A stretch of 64,000 nt of DNA from Calditrichia bacterium (GCA_963796965.1 CAWCNS010000016.1:256001-320000); one strand, 5' to 3'. Positions 1-11,495 are shown, counted from the first letter of the stretch. Notes: generated from the letters alone by a model not told the origin. Made by a program: numbers and translations.

Positions 1-2828
1 AAAGCCAGGGTTGCCCAGAGTTCTTTAGTAAGGGGATGTAAAACTAGACCGGTAATATCTGCTAAACCGGTGGATCCAATGGACTCTGTCTGACCATCAG
101 ATTCACTTACCGATAATAGTTTCACCTGGTCGTATTTGCTTGTGACAGCATATATCTTGTTTTCTTCAGCCGGATGTATGATCCAACCGGTTCCATGAAG
201 ATATAGTCTGTTTAGCGGATTTAAACTATCATTGGTAAAAACAAGAAGTGTATCGCTAATCGTTTCTTCGTTAGTTGCGGAGAATATCACTTCAATGTTT
301 TTATATTGATTGAATTCCGATAAAACGATAGGATAATTAATCCCCGGTGAGAGTGTGAAGTTCTGTCCTGATATTTGAATAGTATTGATAGTCAGGGTAT
401 CTAAGCCACGATTGTATATTTGGATAATATTTGTATCAGAGGAGGCAGCAACTTCTGCTGAAAATTTTAGCGTGTCCACACTAAATTCAAGCGAAGGTTC
501 TAGCGTTGGATACGCAACACCAACAGCACTCCAGGCATCAATTACAGAATTTAATTCTTCTGAAGAATCGCCAAATAGATCTTTAGCCGCGTAGATGGCC
601 GCTCTTCGGGCATCATAAAATCTGGAGGTGGGCATCAGGTAAACTGTCAACATCCGATAGGCAATTCTTCCGGCCTTTTCGGATCCAATTCCATCTACTT
701 TAAATGAATGACCATGATCATTTGTCCCTGTTCCTCCCTCTGCAAGCAAGTAAAACCAATAGTTCTGAACGCTGCTGTTAATGTGGACCCCACCATAATC
801 ATTTTCTTCCGATGGCCAGGGAGTTTCCGGAAACCAGAAATTACCCAGATAGGTGTCTGGGTAACCCAGGGAATTTGGATCTTCCATTGATCTGAATACC
901 ATACCATCAGGCATGAAGTCTTCGCCCATAACCCAGTCACCATTAACACCCTCAATATAATGTTCAACCATAGTCCCGAAAATATCACTGAATGATTCAT
1001 TTAAAGCACCAAATTCATTTTGGTAGATAAGACCTGCAGAATACTGGGTCACGCCGTGAGTCAGTTCATGTCCAACTACTTCAAGTGAAACAAGTGGTGA
1101 TTCATTGCCGGCTCCGTCACCGTAAACCGCCAAGTTCAGATAACTATTCCAGAAGGCGTTAGATAATTTATCATCAAAATGCACAAAAGAGATTATTCTT
1201 CCCTCTGAGTCGTCATAACTTTTGCGTTGATGATGATTGAGGTAATAATCATAAGTTACTTCTGAAGCCCAATGTGCACTGACCCCTGTTTTTGAATCAA
1301 TATCTGTGAAACTGCTGTCCTCATCGACAAAATCCGATGCATAACCCAATTCAATTTCGTTATGAAGATTATATGTTGCGATTCCTAATCCCCTGGATTC
1401 TTCCCGTAACCTGTATTTGCCATCCTCGATATGCATAACCTCGCGGGCCAAGTTTCGGGGAGTTAATCCCTCTTGAACACCATCATTAAAAAATAATATA
1501 CCCTGATCACCTGAAATCTGGATACTGTCAATTTGCCAGCCAAATAAATCCGGCCGAATATCCTCAGCAGAATAATCATAATCAGAAGCAAAAGCGAACC
1601 TGAGTCTAACGGTGTTTCCAGATAAATGAGATAAATCAAGATCCACTTTTGACCAATCAAGTACACCACCACTCCAACCGGGAATTCCCGGTCCTTCTCC
1701 AAAAACGCTTCCAAAACTATAGATACTGGAATCAGTATACCCTGGACTGGGGTGGTTTAAAACTTGCCAGCTTTCACCATTATCTATTGAACATTGTACA
1801 TTCATCCCTTCCCAGGAGTCGTAACCTTCAGGATAGTTTTCCATAGGCTCCGTTACAGCATAGCGATGGTAAAATGAAAGATTTATATCTGAACCTCGTA
1901 ATGTCATGGTGTCCGTATCTAATACTTCATACCAACTGTTGCCATATCCCCCATCGTCTCCAAGCAAAGTATCTGCCATCCACCAACTATATCCCTGTCC
2001 ACCCATGGCCTGCCAGGTGTCAGGATGCCATTTTGGTGGCGATGGTATCGGCTCACTAATCGTATCAGAGACGGTAATCTCTCTCATACTATTATAAAGG
2101 GTTAATCCCTTTCCGATAACATCTTCTGTCAATACAGATGGATAGACATTAATCACCGATCCATCAATGGCGTCGATATCAATTATTTTGCCTCCAAAGG
2201 GGATCTCGGTATGAATATTAAACCGGTAAGCTAAACGGAACTCCTCCTTTAGCATAAGAAAATTCTTCGAGACAATGAGCAATTTTCCCTCTGGGAAAAA
2301 TGAAGCAGATGGATCATTTAGCATTGTTTTTATAAATTTATCATTACTAACTTTTTCCCACATGTAGGAAGAAGCATTGATATGTTGCATAGCCTGGGCG
2401 AGAGCTTGTTCTTCTGATAAAGCAGGTTTTACATTTAGATTAAGATCATGAATCAATTTACCATGAACATAAAAGATCTGTCCGTTTTTTTCATGAGCAA
2501 GTAATTGTACTCCGGCGAGCTCTAAGCCTTTATAATATTGTTTGAGTCGGTAATGAACCTGATCAATCTCATCGAGGAAAATCGAAGATTTCTTGATTTG
2601 GGTGTCTGTGGTTTTTAAATACTGTCTCTGATAGTCCAAAATAAATCTATCGACGCTAACTTCATCAGTCAGTTTAAAAGTGATTTCAAGTGGGGTATCA
2701 TCCCGTTGATCATATATAATGTTTGCCTTATTCAGACTATTTTGAGATTTGGCATCTGAGAATGCGGATATCAAAAAAGTTATAAAAATGAGAAAACGAA
2801 ATATGGAATATCGGATTGTGTTCTCCAT
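1..2828 (-). CDS. Secreted M4 (thermolysin-like) metalloprotease, multidomain; 3' end runs off the window
   Basis: Manual translation (absent from the ORF track because no stop lies in the window). ATG at 2828 after a CAGGAG RBS; signal peptide MENTIRYSIFRFLIFITFLISAFS; FTP/PepSY-like propeptide (HYRLKQYYKGLEL); NAFWN; HELTH at 1056-1070; GALNESFSDIFG; then an Ig-like domain and a probable propeller. Confidence 0.9.
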   Translation of the reverse strand, partial: MENTIRYSIFRFLIFITFLISAFSDAKSQNSLNKANIIYDQRDDTPLEITFKLTDEVSVDRFILDYQRQYLKTTDTQIKKSSIFLDEIDQVHYRLKQYYKGLELAGVQLLAHEKNGQIFYVHGKLIHDLNLNVKPALSEEQALAQAMQHINASSYMWEKVSNDKFIKTMLNDPSASFFPEGKLLIVSKNFLMLKEEFRLAYRFNIHTEIPFGGKIIDIDAIDGSVINVYPSVLTEDVIGKGLTLYNSMREITVSDTISEPIPSPPKWHPDTWQAMGGQGYSWWMADTLLGDDGGYGNSWYEVLDTDTMTLRGSDINLSFYHRYAVTEPMENYPEGYDSWEGMNVQCSIDNGESWQVLNHPSPGYTDSSIYSFGSVFGEGPGIPGWSGGVLDWSKVDLDLSHLSGNTVRLRFAFASDYDYSAEDIRPDLFGWQIDSIQISGDQGILFFNDGVQEGLTPRNLAREVMHIEDGKYRLREESRGLGIATYNLHNEIELGYASDFVDEDSSFTDIDSKTGVSAHWASEVTYDYYLNHHQRKSYDDSEGRIISFVHFDDKLSNAFWNSYLNLAVYGDGAGNESPLVSLEVVGHELTHGVTQYSAGLIYQNEFGALNESFSDIFGTMVEHYIEGVNGDWVMGEDFMPDGMVFRSMEDPNSLGYPDTYLGNFWFPETPWPSEENDYGGVHINSSVQNYWFYLLAEGGTGTNDHGHSFKVDGIGSEKAGRIAYRMLTVYLMPTSRFYDARRAAIYAAKDLFGDSSEELNSVIDAWSAVGVAYPTLEPSLEFSVDTLKFSAEVAASSDTNIIQIYNRGLDTLTINTIQISGQNFTLSPGINYPIVLSEFNQYKNIEVIFSATNEETISDTLLVFTNDSLNPLNRLYLHGTGWIIHPAEENKIYAVTSKYDQVKLLSVSESDGQTESIGSTGLADITGLVLHPLTKELWATLA

Positions 2829-3270
2829 TTTAAACTCCTGTTGCTCGTTCATATCTGGTTAAATATTTTGATATTGCAAGGATTAATCTTGAGGTAAAAC
2901 CGGAAAAACAGTAAATCAAATAAATCTATATAGCACAAATCTAAAACTAGTCAGAGGATATTATTTTTTAATTGATCAGGCTAGATACATTAAAAGACGT
3001 GAAACACTAAAATTAGTTTCAGAATTGGTATCAGTGACTATCTTTCAGATTGTGAGAAACACGAAAAACATACAATAGCTGGCTCAATTCCGGGGTTGTA
3101 ATGCTTGTTAATTACTACTAAATTTGTAACAAAATTCACGTGATGTTTTAATAGAAAATATAAAATTTACATAAAGAATTGTGGCTTGCCTGTATTCATT
3201 GTTTCAGATATCCAGGTATAAAAAAATAGTTAAGTATCAATTGGAATTGATGATAGAGAAGGGGAGAAGG

Positions 3271-4125
3271 ATGTATCTCATTACTGAGGCAAGGTTTCTT
3301 GCAGAAGATGTAAAACTTTTTAAGATTAAGGCACCAAAAATTGCGAGAAAAAGAGAAGCAGGACAATTTGTTATTATCAGAGTAGAGGAAAATGGTGAGC
3401 GTATTCCACTGACAATTGCAGATTCGGATAACGATAATGGTACGGTAACTATTATTGTACAGGGTGTAGGGAAAACCACCCGACAATTGAATAAAATGAA
3501 TAGCGGCGATGAAATCCTGGATGTGGTTGGCCCACTTGGGATGCCTTCTCATATTGAAAAATTTGGTACTACAGTAAGTATTGGAGGGGGAGTAGGATCG
3601 GCCATAGCATATCCGACTGCAGTCGCTTTAAAAAAGGCAGGCAACCATGTAATCACGATAAATGGGGCCAGAACAAAAGATCTGGTCATACTGGAAGATG
3701 AAATGAAGACTGTCAGTGATGAAGCTTATATTACCACGGATGATGGTAGTTATGGACATCATGGATTTGTCACCGATATGCTGCAAAAACTCATAGACGA
3801 TGGAAAGAAAATTGATTTTGTACTGGCTATTGGTCCGATCCCAATGATGAGCGCAGTGGCAGAGGTGACCAGACCCCATGGTATCAAAACAGTCGTGAGT
3901 TTAAATCCGATTATGATTGATGGTACGGGTATGTGCGGCGGTTGCCGGGTAACCGTGGGCGGGAAAACCAAATTTGCATGTGTTGACGGCCCTGAATTTG
4001 ATGCCCATGAGGTAGATTTTAAAAATCTGATCGACCGCAACCGGATGTATGCAGCCTATGAAAAAAAATCTCTCGAAAACTATGAACATAAATGCAATTT
4101 GATAAATACTGTTGAAAATCGATAG
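3271..4125 (+). CDS. nfnA: NfnA-like FAD/NAD-binding [2Fe-2S] subunit (sulfide dehydrogenase/PyrK-like)
   Basis: GERIPLTIAD, GGGVG and DGTGMCGGCR...CVDGPEFD motifs. Likely start is ATG 3271 after a GGGGAGAAGG RBS. Lies upstream of a GltD-like gene. Confidence 0.88.
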   Translation: MYLITEARFLAEDVKLFKIKAPKIARKREAGQFVIIRVEENGERIPLTIADSDNDNGTVTIIVQGVGKTTRQLNKMNSGDEILDVVGPLGMPSHIEKFGTTVSIGGGVGSAIAYPTAVALKKAGNHVITINGARTKDLVILEDEMKTVSDEAYITTDDGSYGHHGFVTDMLQKLIDDGKKIDFVLAIGPIPMMSAVAEVTRPHGIKTVVSLNPIMIDGTGMCGGCRVTVGGKTKFACVDGPEFDAHEVDFKNLIDRNRMYAAYEKKSLENYEHKCNLINTVENR

Positions 4126-4133
4126 GTTGAATA

Positions 4134-4164
4134 AACCACAGAAAGACACAGAATATACACAGAA
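4134..4164. repeat. Left arm of imperfect inverted repeat flanking the GxxExxY gene (3x CACAGAA)
   Basis: AACCACAGAAAGACACAGAATATACACAGAA; complementary to 4548-4577. Confidence 0.85.
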
Positions 4165-4169
4165 TTTAA

Positions 4170-4544
4170 ATGACTGACTTTCTCTATAAGGATCTTTCTT
4201 ATAAAATTATTGGCGCTGCGAAGGAAGTTTATAAAACTTTAGGCAATGGGTTTCTGGAGTCCGTGTATGAAGATGCCTTTTGTTATGAATTGGACAAATT
4301 AGCCGTTTGCTATCAACGGCAGGTGGAATTAGATGTTTTTTATAAAGACCGAATATTTGAAAGAAAATTTAGAGCAGATCTTGTCATTGATGATAAAATA
4401 TTAGTCGAAAACAAAGTTATAAAGAAGATATCTAATATAGAAGAAGCGCAACTGATAAACTATTTGAAAGTAACAAAATTAAAGGTTGGATTAATTTTGA
4501 ATTATGGTAGCCCAAGATTTGAATTTATGAGAAGAATTTTCTAA
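4170..4544 (+). CDS. GxxExxY protein (PD-(D/E)xK nuclease-like family)
   Basis: LGNGFLESVYE, RADLVIDDKILVENK, QLINYLKVT, GLILNYG. Confidence 0.93.
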   Translation: MTDFLYKDLSYKIIGAAKEVYKTLGNGFLESVYEDAFCYELDKLAVCYQRQVELDVFYKDRIFERKFRADLVIDDKILVENKVIKKISNIEEAQLINYLKVTKLKVGLILNYGSPRFEFMRRIF

Positions 4545-4547
4545 TTC

Positions 4548-4577
4548 TTCTGTGTTTCTCTGTGTGATTCTGTGGTT
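4548..4577. repeat. Right arm of imperfect inverted repeat flanking the GxxExxY gene
   Basis: TTCTGTGTTTCTCTGTGTGATTCTGTGGTT; reverse complement AACCACAGAATCACACAGAGAAACACAGAA matches the left arm. Confidence 0.85.
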
Positions 4578-4623
4578 AAATAATACAACACATAAAGCAA
4601 AATATAAGTGAAAAGGAAAATCT

Positions 4624-6067
<1,444 letters not shown>

Positions 6068-6167
6068 TTGTCAATTCCCTTGTATCTTTTATTTTTTTCA
6101 AATCTTATTGGTCACAATCCGCTATAGTCTCAGTGTCAAAAGAAGATATGCTAAGGGGGAACGAAAG

Positions 6168-6623
6168 ATGCGAATTGATGCAAAATCCGTAGAGGAATAT
6201 TTGGAGAAAATACCAGAAGATCGAAAAGAATATTTTAAAAAACTCAGAGAAACGATTAAAGAAAATATCCCGGATGGATTTGTGGAAGAGATGAGTTATG
6301 GAATGATCGGATATGTTGTGCCGCACAGTATTTATCCCAAGGGTTATCACTGTGATCCCAAATTACCTTTACCTTTCACAAACATCGCTTCCCAAAAAAA
6401 CTTTATTGCCTTATATCATTCAGGCATATATGCCAACCCTAAAATATTGAATTGGTTTGTTCAGGAATATCCAAAACATAGTAAACAAAAACTTGATATG
6501 GGAAAAAGTTGCGTGCGGTTTAAAAAAATCGAAGAGATTCCCTATCAATTGGTTGGGGAATTAATGCAGAAGATGTCTGTCGAAGATTGGGTTGAATTGT
6601 ATGAGGAGAAAGTAAAAAGATAA
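6168..6623 (+). CDS. DUF1801 (YdhG-like) protein
   Basis: MSYGMIGYVVPHSIYPKGYHCDPKLPLPF...LDMGKSCVRFKK; likely start ATG 6168. Confidence 0.8.
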   Translation: MRIDAKSVEEYLEKIPEDRKEYFKKLRETIKENIPDGFVEEMSYGMIGYVVPHSIYPKGYHCDPKLPLPFTNIASQKNFIALYHSGIYANPKILNWFVQEYPKHSKQKLDMGKSCVRFKKIEEIPYQLVGELMQKMSVEDWVELYEEKVKR

Positions 6624-6637
6624 TTTGGAGTATCATT

Positions 6638-6668
6638 TGTAGAGACGTCCCGTCGGGACGTCTCTACA
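6638..6668. repeat. GTAG-type REP-like palindrome
   Basis: TGTAGAGACGTCCC-GTC-GGGACGTCTCTACA, perfect 14-bp arms between convergent genes; a degenerate copy lies at 39908. Confidence 0.8.
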
Positions 6669-6778
6669 TACGAATGAATTTAGATAGTTTATGCATATGT
6701 AACGGTGCTATTAAACGCTCCGCTCCCCCTGATTCCCTGGTGTGATCTAAGCAATCAAGGAGATCAATACCTGCCACA

Positions 6779-8158
6779 TCAACTATCCTTAAACTCTGCC
6801 ACAATCGCTGAAATACTTTCCTTTGCATCGCCAAACAACATCCTGGTATTGGGTGCAAAAAAAAGTTCATTCTGGATTCCTGCGAATCCTGCTGCCATAG
6901 ACCGTTTCAGAACAAATACAGTTTTAGCATAGTCAACATTGATGATTGGCATACCATATATGGGGCTGCTCTCATCATGCCTGGATGCAGGATTTACCAC
7001 ATCATTGGCACCAATCACAACCGCTACATCTACAGTATTGATGATCGGATTGATATCATCCATTTCATATAGTTTATCATAAGATACATTTGCCTCGGCA
7101 AGCAAAACATTCATATGGCCGGGCATTCGTCCTGCGACTGGGTGTACTGCATAGTAAACATCAGCACCATTAGCTTCCAGCAAATCCCCCAATTCCCGGA
7201 CAACATGTTGCGCCTGGGCTACGGCTAAACCATATCCCGGTACAAAAGCAACAGAACTTGCAGCCTCCAGAATAAGATAAGCGTCTGCTGCTACAATAGG
7301 CTTTACTTCTCCCTGCTGCTCACCGCTTTTACCCGTAGTGGTCGTGGCACCAAATCCACTGAATAAAACATTACTGAGGGATCTGTTCATAGCTTTGCAC
7401 ATAATATTAGTGAGGATAATACCGCTTGCCCCAACCAGGGCTCCAGCAACAATCAAAATATTGTTCTGAATAACAAAACCTGCTGCACAGGCTGCTAAGC
7501 CGGAATAACTATTTAATAGCGAGATCACCACGGGCATATCAGCGCCGCCGATGGGAATGACAACCATAACACCTAAGATGAACGACAAGATAATAATGCC
7601 AATAAATAGTTCATAATTAATGGCTGGATTTATTATATAAATAACACCAACCGCTAATGTACCGAAGAATAATAGGGCATTGACGATTTTTTGTCCAGGG
7701 AAAAGTGTTGGCTTTCCGCCGATAATCTCTGCTAATTTTGCAAATGCAATTAGACTACCTGTAAAGGTTACTCCTCCAATTAGAACCGAGAGGAAAATTG
7801 TTGTAATTGTAAAACTGTCAGCCATGGGAAAAGAATGATAGGCTTCCCAACCAACCAGAAGACTGGCGATACCGCCAAATCCATTAAATAAGGCGACCAT
7901 TTCGGGCATCTGGGTCATCGCAACCATCCGCGCAGCAAAAGCACCAATAATTGCACCTATAACAAAACCGATCGCAATCCACTGAAAATCAACGATTTCT
8001 TTGCTGATTAGGGTTGTAACTACGGCAAGAAACATACCAATTGCCGAGATAAAATTTCCCCGTCGGGCAGTTGCAGGTGAACTTAACATCTTTAAACCAT
8101 AGATGAATAAAGCACCTGAAATGATATATATAAGATTTACAATAATATCTATGCTCAT
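6779..8158 (-). CDS. pntB: NAD(P)+ transhydrogenase beta subunit
   Basis: MPEMVALFNGFGG, GGADMPVVISLLNSYSG, HPVAGRMPGHMNVLLAEA, GANDVVNPA. Confidence 0.97.
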   Translation of the reverse strand: MSIDIIVNLIYIISGALFIYGLKMLSSPATARRGNFISAIGMFLAVVTTLISKEIVDFQWIAIGFVIGAIIGAFAARMVAMTQMPEMVALFNGFGGIASLLVGWEAYHSFPMADSFTITTIFLSVLIGGVTFTGSLIAFAKLAEIIGGKPTLFPGQKIVNALLFFGTLAVGVIYIINPAINYELFIGIIILSFILGVMVVIPIGGADMPVVISLLNSYSGLAACAAGFVIQNNILIVAGALVGASGIILTNIMCKAMNRSLSNVLFSGFGATTTTGKSGEQQGEVKPIVAADAYLILEAASSVAFVPGYGLAVAQAQHVVRELGDLLEANGADVYYAVHPVAGRMPGHMNVLLAEANVSYDKLYEMDDINPIINTVDVAVVIGANDVVNPASRHDESSPIYGMPIINVDYAKTVFVLKRSMAAGFAGIQNELFFAPNTRMLFGDAKESISAIVAEFKDS

Positions 8159-8459
8159 TTTTTATCCCCTGTCGATTTTTTCTTGAACATTCCCAACATT
8201 CTGTCTGTTACCATATAGCCACCGATAACATTGATCGTAGCAAAAGCTACCGCTGAAGTTGCCAGAATGATGCTAATCGTTTCGTTTCCCGTAGATCCGG
8301 CAGCAATAACAGCACCGACAAGAGTAATTCCAGAAATGGCATTTGATCCGGACATGAGCGGGGTATGAAGTGTTGCGGGTACTTTAGATATAACTTCAAA
8401 TCCAAGAAAATTGATAACATTAAAATAAATGCCAGAAAAATTAATGTAGTAGGGTCCAT
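8155..8459 (-). CDS. pntA: NAD(P)+ transhydrogenase alpha-2 membrane subunit; apparent frameshift near 8400
   Basis: MDPTTLIFLAFILMLSIFL continues in another frame as FEVISKVPATLHTPLMSGSNAISGI...NVIGGYMVTDRML. Confidence 0.9.
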
Positions 8460-8520
8460 AATATTTCCTCTATAGTTTTTCGTTATTCTCCCGAATGTAA
8501 TTCGGGATTTCGGAATCTCG

Positions 8521-9654
8521 TCATTTATTTAAATTCTTCATCATATCACAAAAAATCTCGCCCTGATAGGTAACCAGGCATCCCTTGATAATTTCATCCT
8601 CCAACTTTAATTTGAAGGATTTCGTATCATCGTCCCAGAACGTTGCCAATAATCCTGCCAGATTACTGGAATACATTTGTGTGGCATGAACAGGGACGCG
8701 TCCGGGTAAATTCTCCAAACCGATAATACGGACGCCGTTGATATCAACTTCCTCTCCAAGTTTTGATCCTTCAACATTTCCTCCCGTTTCCACAGCAAGA
8801 TCAATTATCAGACTCCCCGGTTTCATACCCTGAACCATATCCTTGGTTATTATGATAGGGGCTTTTCGACCAAAAACCTGTGCAGTGGTAATCACAACAT
8901 CAGATTGGGCACAATGGCGTGCCATGGCTTCTCGTTGTTTGGCTAATTGTTCATCAGTAAGTGCTTTGGCATAGCCATCTTTTGTTTGCCCGGTTTCACC
9001 CAGGTCTATTTTGATAAACTTGGCGCCTAATGATTGAACCTGTTCTTCCACTGCAGGTCTTGTATCAAAGGCATCAACTCTGGCTCCCAGGCGCTTAGCT
9101 GTGGCAATTGCCTGCAGGCCCGCTACTCCGGCACCAATAATGAATACCCTGGCAGGAGTAATTGTTCCGGAAGGTGTCATCATCATTGGAAAAATTTTAT
9201 CTAGACGTTCTGCCGCAACAATGACAGCAACATATCCAGCAAGACTTGCCTGAGAACTCAACGCATCCATTTTTTGGGCAAGAGTTGTTCTGGGAATCAA
9301 TTCCATAGAGATGGCATTAACCTGCTTTGATTTTAATTTTTCAATCAATGACGGCTGATTAAAGGGGTCCAGATAACTTATATGGATGCAGCCTTTTTTC
9401 AACCAATCGACCTCTTCTTCGGGAGGGATCCGAAGCCGAAGAACCATATCGGCCTCACTTATCATTTTTTTCCTGTCATCTGATATGGTTGCACCAGCTG
9501 CAGAATATTCTTCATCCTTGAAGCCAGATCCTAATCCCATACCTTTCTCCACGGTGATGTCGGCACCGCGTTTAACAAGATCCGCAACAGTTTGAGGATT
9601 AACAGGTACTCTTCTCTCTGAAGGATAGGTTTCTTTTGGAACCACTATTTTCAC
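8521..9654 (-). CDS. pntA: NAD(P)+ transhydrogenase alpha-1 (NAD-binding) subunit
   Basis: GTG start after a GGAGG RBS; AQKMDALSSQASLAGY, GAGVAGLQA, GYAK, DLAVETGGNVE. Confidence 0.96.
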   Translation of the reverse strand: MKIVVPKETYPSERRVPVNPQTVADLVKRGADITVEKGMGLGSGFKDEEYSAAGATISDDRKKMISEADMVLRLRIPPEEEVDWLKKGCIHISYLDPFNQPSLIEKLKSKQVNAISMELIPRTTLAQKMDALSSQASLAGYVAVIVAAERLDKIFPMMMTPSGTITPARVFIIGAGVAGLQAIATAKRLGARVDAFDTRPAVEEQVQSLGAKFIKIDLGETGQTKDGYAKALTDEQLAKQREAMARHCAQSDVVITTAQVFGRKAPIIITKDMVQGMKPGSLIIDLAVETGGNVEGSKLGEEVDINGVRIIGLENLPGRVPVHATQMYSSNLAGLLATFWDDDTKSFKLKLEDEIIKGCLVTYQGEIFCDMMKNLNK

Positions 9655-9902
9655 GAATTACCTCCTCTACAAAATCATAAATTGACTATTTTAATATGAT
9701 AACTTAATCATATACAGCAGTAAAATTTGATTACAGAATTTGCTAATTGGATGGTCTAAGAGTTCCCCCTGACGACACCCGGGAAATAATAAAAGCATGG
9801 CGCAGAGAGCAGAGTGTACAGACTGAATAGAAATAATATGCAATGCGCCACGCTCTAAGCATTATGCAGTCAAAATCTTATATAAATTAATCCTGCACTG
9901 TA

Positions 9903-11495
9903 CTAGTTGTGCGGGATTTGTTCTTTTTTCCCCGATTCCTCAAATTCATCTGTGTTCTTTGATGCCACTGTTTGCCGAATGACACATACTTTTATCTGAC
10001 CCGGATATTCCATTTCTTCTTTGATCTTTTTTGCAATATCAGATGAGAGTATTGCCGCCCGCTGATCATCAATTCTTTCAGGTTCAACGATGACGCGTAA
10101 TTCCCTCCCGGCAGATATGGCATAGGTTTTTGAAACCCCCTCAAAGGAATTTGCAATCTCTTCCAGACCGGTGATTCTTTTTGTATAAGCCTCTAATGTA
10201 TCTCTACGGGCACCAGGGCGACTACCACTTATCTTATCTGCAGCGGTGACCAGAACAGAAATTGGTGAAATGGGTTCTGCTTCTTCGTGATGAGCAAGGA
10301 TTGAATTTATGACAACCTCATGCTCTTTATATTGCGTACAGAGATCCACGCCTAACTTGACATGACTTCCTTCTGAATTTATGGTAAGGGCTTTGCCAAC
10401 ATCATGAAACAGTCCGGCCCGTTTGGCTAACTTGATATTGAATCCCAGTTCTGCTGCCATCGCGCCAGATAGCAAGGCTACCTCCTTAGAATGTTCAAGA
10501 ATGTTCTGACCATAGCTAAAGCGATATTTTAACCTCCCTAGTGTTTCTTTAATTTTTGGATGCACATTCTTCAGACTAAGAAAACTTAACGTATCTTCGG
10601 CAGCCTTCAAAATTGTCCGATCCACTTCTTTTGTTGCCTTTGAAACAATCTGCTCTATGAGGTTTGGATTGATATTTTTGGTTTTAATCAAATTCTCCAT
10701 GGATAAGCGTGCAACTTCCCTACGGACAGGATCAAAACCGGATAGCACTATGAGCTCGGGTGTGTCATCTACAATTACTTTTACACCAGTTATCTCTTCA
10801 AATGCACGAATATTTCGACCTTCCCGGCCAATGATCATTCCTTTGTATCGTTCATTGGGCAGTTGTACTGTTGAAAGTGTCGATTCCATAGTGACTTCAT
10901 AGGCAATGTTTTCAATTGCATAGGCTATAATTTCCTTTGCTTCCTTTTGAGCCGTTGCTTTTGCTTCATCCTTGATATCAATAGCCATCTGCGCTGCTTC
11001 CATCTTGACACGATCTTCCAGATTCTTTTTCAATTCGTTTTTCGCGTCTTCAACAGAAATTCCGGCAATTCTTTCTAATTTGGTGTTTTGCTCAGCAATT
11101 ATAGATTCAACTTTTTGTTGTTTTTGAAGAAGGATTTCCTCTTTCTGCTCGAGCTTTTCATTGTGGCTCTTTAATTTATTTTCACCAAATTTCAGATTAT
11201 TTTCAAGACGTCGCAGTTCTTTTTCTTTTGCTACAAGTCTTGCATCGCTTTTCTGAATCTGATTCTCTTTTGATTTAAATTCCTCATGAAACTTTGATCT
11301 TTTCTTCTGCATTTCTTCACGAAACTGGAACAGTTTTTCCTTTTTAGCTTTTTCTACTTCCAGATGAGCGCTGTCCAGTACTTCTTTCGCCGTATTTTTT
11401 TTCTTATGCAGGTAGGCTGTATAAAGACCTAATGTAACTAGACAGCCAACAATTAAACCAACAGCAGCGGATATTATAAGATATATCTCAGACAC
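9903..11495 (-). CDS. rny: Ribonuclease Y
   Basis: N-terminal TM helix, coiled coil, KH domain (IIGREGRNIR), HD domain (HDVGK...HHEE), SRPGARR. Confidence 0.95.
   Translation of the reverse strand: MSEIYLIISAAVGLIVGCLVTLGLYTAYLHKKKNTAKEVLDSAHLEVEKAKKEKLFQFREEMQKKRSKFHEEFKSKENQIQKSDARLVAKEKELRRLENNLKFGENKLKSHNEKLEQKEEILLQKQQKVESIIAEQNTKLERIAGISVEDAKNELKKNLEDRVKMEAAQMAIDIKDEAKATAQKEAKEIIAYAIENIAYEVTMESTLSTVQLPNERYKGMIIGREGRNIRAFEEITGVKVIVDDTPELIVLSGFDPVRREVARLSMENLIKTKNINPNLIEQIVSKATKEVDRTILKAAEDTLSFLSLKNVHPKIKETLGRLKYRFSYGQNILEHSKEVALLSGAMAAELGFNIKLAKRAGLFHDVGKALTINSEGSHVKLGVDLCTQYKEHEVVINSILAHHEEAEPISPISVLVTAADKISGSRPGARRDTLEAYTKRITGLEEIANSFEGVSKTYAISAGRELRVIVEPERIDDQRAAILSSDIAKKIKEEMEYPGQIKVCVIRQTVASKNTDEFEESGKKEQIPHN

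Noticed and set aside
385..2097. Short ORF-track ORFs at 385-2097
   Set aside because: They are shadow or alternate-frame ORFs overlapping the long minus-strand M4 protease. The same applies to most short antisense ORFs elsewhere in the window.
3124..3141. Rex box upstream of nfnA (TTGTAACAAAATTCACGT)
   Set aside because: Four mismatches to TTGTGAAnnnnTTCACAA in very AT-rich DNA; plausible but not supportable.
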